Shown: positions 57,501 to 64,000 of the stretch, one piece after another
Position numbering within the stretch: the first letter of the stretch is position 1
Layout: each line of letters begins with the position of its first letter
Assembly: GCA_013239625.1 (NCBI GenBank)
Contig: MU053873.1
Coordinates: forward strand, 3,640,273 to 3,704,272
Reading direction: 5' to 3'
DNA: 64,000 nucleotides
DNA from: Lama guanicoe
Taxonomy: Eukaryota
Position numbers and translations under genes: made by a program
The notes under the pieces: model-generated
The model's input: only the letters and a program-made list of their open reading frames with translations
Told to the model about the DNA's origin: nothing
Database searches by the model: none

Positions 57501-60500
57501 GTGCTAGATTGCAGAGACCTCAGTCCCCTGAGAGACTGGACTCCCCCAAGGATGTGACATTTCCCTCTCTACAATATCCAAAGCTCTCGCACTATTCTGG
57601 CGGATTCCCACCCCTTCACTAGATCTCTTCAGGCTCTCCACACAATCATTACAGGAAAATTCAAAAACACAGATGAGCAAAATGTTTTTAAAGAATCCTA
57701 AATCCCACCACCCAGGGTCAACAGCCGTTATGAGCGTTCTGATGCCCATCAATCTGGCCATTGAATATAAATGGGAACTTTTTGTCAAAACTAAAATGGA
57801 ATCAGGTCATGCGCGCTATTTAGGAACTTGCTTTTTTGGTTTGCTTGTTTAATTTCAAAACATGTCATAAACAACTTTCCCATCAATAGCTGTGCAAGCT
57901 CTAAAGCTGTTTCTCAAGCTTCTGTAGTTTCATTATGTGGCTATTACATCATTAGGTAAGCCATTCCCGCACTATTGTATCCTTAGGTTGTTTCCAATCA
58001 CTGACTATTAAAACCAACACTGCAATGAACGCCCACATGCAAATAACGTTCCCAAGATAAATTCTGCCTAAAAGTGGGCTTTTTTTTTTTTTAGAGCTGT
58101 TGAAATATGCAGAATGGACCTTTATACCTAAGGGAAACACATCCCATGCTGACAACTCAAAGCTTAGAGTTCTTAACCTCTGCCCTGGGGCGCAAACCCA
58201 ATAAAGATGTATAATGAGCAATAAACCAGGACTCCCAGCTGGCTGTGTCCTCGCAGGCGCTTCACTGGTTCTCATTTATGGCTGGACCATCACAAACTTG
58301 ACTGTGACGTCTGCAAGGGCAATTAGAACAGCTCATGGGGAGAGGTGAATCTGGGCCCAGCCCAGAGGCTGGGTCCAGCCTGGCGTTGGAAGAGCGAGAA
58401 GGAAGGAAGACACACTCCGGAAATGACATTCACAGCAGAGGAAAGGCAACCTCAGGACTCAATTCCTCAAGACGCCCAGCACAATACGGGGCTCAGAAAA
58501 ATGTGAGCACAGGACTCTCTCCCCTTAGGAAGCCTGAGAGATGCATACAGCATTTCAGAAAAATAAATAATTCTCTCCGAGCACAAGTATATTTCTGGAG
58601 GAATTAGCTTATTTTGGCCCAAGAACTGCCTTATGCTCAAACTCAAACCCTGGGAAGTTCTGATCATGTCACTCCCGGCTCCAAAATAAATGAAGTCCCT
58701 GGGACTGTCTCTGCTTGGTGCCACTATGACTTTAACACCAACACTATCTGCTAATCTTCCAGTTTAAGAAAGAAGAAACAGCCCCAAGCTCAGACCATCA
58801 GCTGCAGCAGCAGATTTTAAAATATAATTTTATGTTCATTATATTTAATTTTACTGTTATTTTCAATTTAAGACAAGTGACACTGGTTTGCTGTTCACAT
58901 CAGAGATTTTCATAAAGGGTTTTTAAAATTTTTATTTAACTTTCAGAAAAAGTGAAGAATTTTTTAATAAAATAATGGTACAAGGGGTTATGTAGAAATG
59001 GCAAAAGCCCATGAGACTGGAATTCACCAGTAAAGTGGAAAGAACGTGGCACTGGAGTCAAAAACAGGCAGTTACAGTTTGTAGTGCTTCCTCCCTATCT
59101 TCCTGCCTGGAACAAAGATGTGATGCCTGGAGCCAAGGCAATCATCGTGGGACCGTGGGATCACAAGCGATACTTTAAGGATAGTGGCGTGGAAAAGGCC
59201 TTGATGACACAGCTAAGCCACTGCACTAACTACACTGTTCTCTGGATTTTCATTGTTATCAATGCTACGTAAAAAATAATGATGTATTGTTTAAGCCATT
59301 GTTAGTTATGGTTTCTGTTACATGGAGACAAAAGTATGGACAGATGTCTTCTGAGGAAACAGTGAATGTCGTGGCTTTGACAAGCCACTTTACCCCTGAA
59401 AGCTCGGCTTCTTCATGGATAAATTAAGTTCCATGATACCTACCTCAGCGGCTTCTGAGAATTAAATGAGATGGTGCATGTAAAACACCATCAGTATACT
59501 TGGCACACAATAGGTTCCTGCAAAGGCATGATGAATAAATGAGCAAATAAACAAAGAGACCATGAAGCTTGGTGCAGGGATTTGTGCATTGGTGGGATTT
59601 TTTTTTTTAAGCTAAATTTAAAGGAATAGCTAGCTCTCTGATGAAGGAATTTGGGAGAGACAGTGATTCAGGGGACTCCAGCCTGCCCACTCTCAAACTG
59701 TACCCTGGTTGCATAGCTGGGGAGAGAGGAAGGAAGGTGATGGTTAAGTTGGTACCGCTCGCAAGGCTGGCCTAAGATCTAGTATCAGTTTGTTGTCTAC
59801 ACAAGTTTCGATTAAAACCAGCGGGAGGTAGCAAAGAATGTAACATCTTCAAACCAGGTGCAGGAGAAAAGCCTCAAAGGGATGGTCAAGATTGAACCCT
59901 GTCCCAGGGACGTAAATAGCATCAGGCCCATCCCTGACTGCTGCACCCACCCCACCCCACCCCACCCAGCCATTCCCGTCCAGGGTGCCACCCATGGCAA
60001 TAAACCTGCCGTGACGGCCGACATGTCCGCTCCTGGTTTTCCCAGGAGGGTAACTGTGCCTCCCACACCCTCCAGGCAGCCAGCTCCTCCTGGATCCGCT
60101 TCCCGGCACCCCTGTAAACCTGTCAGGGCCTGGCACGGCCAGCCTCAGGGCACGACAGACAGGCCCTGCGCCTGGCACGGAACCCAGGCCTCTGTGGAGC
60201 TGGAGAAATATACCTGGCCCGGTTGCCAAAGAGAGAACCCAATGAACCATCCCAGGTTTGTTCAATTGCTTTGTGCTCGGACCTATTAAGTGCTGGACCC
60301 TGGGAAAGCTATGTATTAATCATTACCGTCATCAGGTCACTAACACTAATTGAGCGCTGATTTTTGTGCCAGACGGCGCGTTAAACGAATTTCCCCACTT
60401 AATCCACCCTCAGGATGGGGGGGTCGGTTTGCTTGATCGCGCCCACTTGATGGATGAGGACAACAAGGCCAAAGAGGTTTAGCAGTTTTCCCAGGGGATG

Positions 60501-60974
60501 GAGCCGGGCAGCCTCACTCCCAATGCCACCCTGTTAATCCTGGCAGCGTCAACAGCTGCTGGGTGACGTGCCACCCCTGTGCTGGGCACAGTGCCAAGGG
60601 CTCTACGTGTGCAATTTGCTGTGAACCTCCTCTACGACCTCCTGGGGCTGATGGTGTTTATTGTCCCCAGTCTACAGACAGGTAAACTGAGGTTTCGAAA
60701 GGCCAAGTGATTTGCTGAGGTCAATGTCTTAGTAAGTTAGCAGATCTGGGATTGCACTCAGGCTCTCGGACTCCAGAGGGTATGCACGTTGCCATTTTAT
60801 CATTCACGGGAACTATTCGGCTCAGAGTGGGTTTTCGGGCCAGTTTTGGGGGCAGAACATCCTTGTCTTTGAAGCATAGTCTAGTGGGGGAGGCTGACAG
60901 GGCTGCAGCCATGACCTCGGACAGTGACCACAGCAGTGGGTGAGATGGAGGTGCACGGGAGGAAGAGCTCACAG

Positions 60975-61410
60975 TAGGCAGAGTAACACCCCCCAGGATG
61001 TCCAGGTCCTAACCCCTAAAATCTGTGACTCTGTTCCCTTATCTTTGCTGATGTGACTGAGGGAAGGCTCTTCAGATGTGAAGATTCTCCTGGATTATCT
61101 GGACGGGCCGGATGTCATCACAAGGTTCCTTATGAAAGGACTGGCAAGAGGGTCAGAATCAGAGAGAGAAAATGTGATGAAGGAAACAGAGATTAGGGTG
61201 ATGCGGGGCCACAAGCCAAGGGTATGCAGCAGCCTCTGGAAGCTGAAAAAGGCAAGGAAATGGATTCTCCCCTAGAACCCCCAGGAAGAACACCCCCCAG
61301 CCAGCCTCTATTAGACTTCTGACCTCCAGAACTGTAAGGTAATGAACTCATATTGCTTAAGTCAATAAATTGTGGTGATTCATTACAGTGGCAAAAGGAA
61401 ACTCACACAG
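60975..61410 (+). mobile_element. MLT1-type MaLR solo LTR
   Basis: ggattatctggacgggccggatgtcatcacaagg...gacttctgacctccagaactgtaag...acagtggcaaaaggaaact. Confidence 0.75.
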
Positions 61411-62310
61411 AGCTTAAATTGGCTGGGGAGAAAGGAAGGGAGGGCTGCCTGGAGGAGGCAGCATGGAGTTGAATCGCTGCCTGAATAACCCTAAAGCTCA
61501 GGCCTCTCTGAAGTTCTTTGGGTTAGTCCCCCCAGGGCCACCAAGGAATCTTTAACAGCATTAAATCCTACCGGGTAGGTCCTGGCACTGCATTTTTCCA
61601 GGGAGCTACTAAAACTTAAATGTCAATTGACTAAAATTAAATACAACTTTAAATTCCATGCCTCAGTCACAGCAGCCCCACTTTAAGTGCTCAGGAGACA
61701 GGAGAGGCTGGACGGTGCAGACAGTTCTACCGGACAGCACTGTATAGTCCCAATACACAGATGTGCAAACTGAGGCTCAGAGAGAGGGAGTCATGGGGGC
61801 AGGAAGGGACAAGCTGGTGCCCAACCCTCGGATCTTCTAAATTCATCCTCAACCTTCTCAACACTTAGAAGGCATGGGCCACAGGGCTGGTTGCCCCAGG
61901 TTCAACTTTATTTAACTGAGCCGAGAATCAGTCTCCCATTGTAACGAGTCATGACCGTTAGCACTGCAGAGGATAGTTTATTTTGACTTCTTTGTCCCAC
62001 TGCCTTAAATGCCGGGTGAGTGGTGAGGTCGGTAGAGAAGAGGCTTTAATGAAAGGTTCTGCTTAGCAGAGGCTCCAGCCAGTGCACGGAGCACCTGTGG
62101 TTTAAATTCAGGAGCGCCACCTGTCCAGGTGATCAACCGATGTCCCTCTGACGCCTAAATCCATCATCTTTATTAACTGGCATAAGAAAACCTCCATCCA
62201 TGGGACCAGAATCGCACCCTAACTACACCAGGATATCACAGTTCAATTTCTAAGGCAACCTCTGCCACTTACAAGGATATAAGAGACTCCCTGAGTGATA
62301 CACGAGCGAT

Positions 62311-62342
62311 CATAATCAACTCTTTCATAATCAACTCTTTCA
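62311..62342. repeat. Perfect 15-bp tandem duplication CATAATCAACTCTTT x2
   Basis: Seen directly. Confidence 0.85.
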
Positions 62343-62566
62343 CACTTTTAGCTAGAGGCCGTGACAAAGAGTTTTGGGGGGAAAAATACAAATAGAAGTA
62401 AGTTTCAAATTTATTCCCTGGGGGTGGTGGCCAGGGAAATGGGTACACTGAGGGGCAGAGATGAGAAGGAGATCTCTCACTGTTTACACTTCGGTAACTT
62501 TGCTTTTTGAGACTTGCAAATGACCTGACCAAATAAATTAGTAAAAGTTAAATTTTAAAATGTTAG

Positions 62567-62662
62567 TGGGGAAGGGTACTAGCTCGGTGGTAGACAGCGT
62601 GCTTAGCACACATGAGGTCCTAGGTTCAATCTCCCATACCTCCATCAAAAAAAAAAATCATG
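62567..62662 (+). mobile_element. tRNA-derived SINE (Vic-1-like)
   Basis: A/B-box head plus poly-A; TSD TAAAATGTTAG / TAAAACGTTAG at 62556-62566 and 62663-62673. Confidence 0.8.
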
Positions 62663-63499
62663 TAAAACGTTAGGTACGATATGGACCAGTAAGACCCCAG
62701 TTCTTGTTATAACACAGACGCACATGGACGGGTATATAAATATAAATGGGTGCTTAGAGAAAGCATTAGAAGAAAACGTAAGAAATGTTCAGAAAGGCTA
62801 GTTCTCAGTGCAGGGAGATGAAACTGCAGGGGATTTGAATCTTCTTTTTGCTTACTTATAATCCCAAAATTTCACACAATATTAATAACAACAGGAACAG
62901 TTTCTACTTATTGAACATGTCGCTGGTTTCCACGTGAAACACGTCAGAGGCAAAGACTCATTTCTCCCGGCAACCTCCGAAGGAGGTAGTGTTTTACTCC
63001 CATTTTACAGATGAGAAAACTGAGGCTCAGAGACACGAAGCCCACCCTCTTGGTTTCTCTGCTGGGTTGACTTCTGATAAAATGAATATGCTCATAACAG
63101 AAAAAAAAGTTTTAAAAATGCTAAGTAAGTGAAAGTACGAAGTGAAACAGACTAAATTTCTGAAAATAATACGAATTATTATTTTCAGTGCTGGCCACTG
63201 AAGACGCCTGCGATTCTCGGCTTGGTTTCTGGCCATGGGAGCATTTGGCCAGCATGTAGCACAGGCGGTCAATGCCAGAGGGTCAATGCTGTGTAGCTTG
63301 CCCTCCACTATAGACTGATGACAACTGGTGTATCAATACCTCAGCTCCCTCCCTCTCTGGGGGGAAACTCTGAGGCACACATTCTGCACTGTCTTGATAA
63401 CACACCCTATTATTAGCTCCTGCTTCCCTTTCTCACCTCCACACTCGCCCAACAGAACTTCCTGTAAGTGCTTATAGTGAGGTAAAACCATAAAGCTTC

Positions 63500-64000
63500 C
63501 AGAGAAAAACACGGGATAAACTGATCCTAAATAAAATGAAGTAAAACTTCTGTTCATCAGAAGACACGACTAAGAGAATGAAAAGGCAAGACATGGACTG
63601 GGATAAAATATTGCACATACAAATGAGATAATATACAGTATTTCATCTATATAATTAGAAATATAATTTACATTATATGAAATATATCATATATACATGT
63701 GCACATGTGCATACACACATATATATACTTCACAAAGGATTCTATCTAAAATACATGAAGAACTCTAAACAAATACAAAAAAAGACAATCTGGTTTTTTG
63801 TCTGGTTTTTTTAGGGACAAAAGACTTAAACAGGCACTTCACACACACAGAAAAAAATTCTCCAAATGATTAATAAGGACATGAAAGGATGCTCGACTTC
63901 ACTGGTCATCCGGAAAACACAAATTAAAATCACAGTGAGATACTACCCCACGTCTCCAAGGGCCAAAACGACGGAGAAGGACGTCAGCAAAGGCTGACGA
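63500..64000 (+). mobile_element. Old L1 ORF2-region fragment, runs off the window end
   Basis: aaaacttctgttcatcagaagac, caaaagacttaaacaggcacttcac, aaattaaaatcacagtgagatactac motifs. Confidence 0.65.

Overview
Mammalian genomic DNA, most likely a camelid (five copies of a tRNA-derived SINE resembling camelid Vic-1, plus an artiodactyl-type L1 3' end). The window holds the 5'/central part of KIAA1671 on the minus strand. There are four coding exons with canonical, phase-consistent GT-AG junctions (47678-46114, 44254-44167, 40693-37931, 31252-31118; 4551 nt = 1517 codons) and a probable 152-nt 5' UTR exon (49774-49623). Positions 1-31117 are a long intron whose downstream exon lies outside the window. 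The rest is largely MIR, L2, L1, MLT1 and hAT/MER relics, with one 59-N assembly gap. I found no evidence for a wholly new multi-gene system. The best leads are: (1) a CpG-rich intronic alternative promoter/first exon encoding MEYYYCPGLLKLLRCLW with a phase-0 donor, which would replace ~1500 disordered residues with a 17-aa cysteine-containing amphipathic leader; (2) a spliced, strong-Kozak 39-codon uORF that stops 2 nt before the long-isoform ATG; (3) several RFX X-box matches, one covering the start codon. Gene and repeat identities come from recognition of the sequence, not from database searches; repeat boundaries are approximate.
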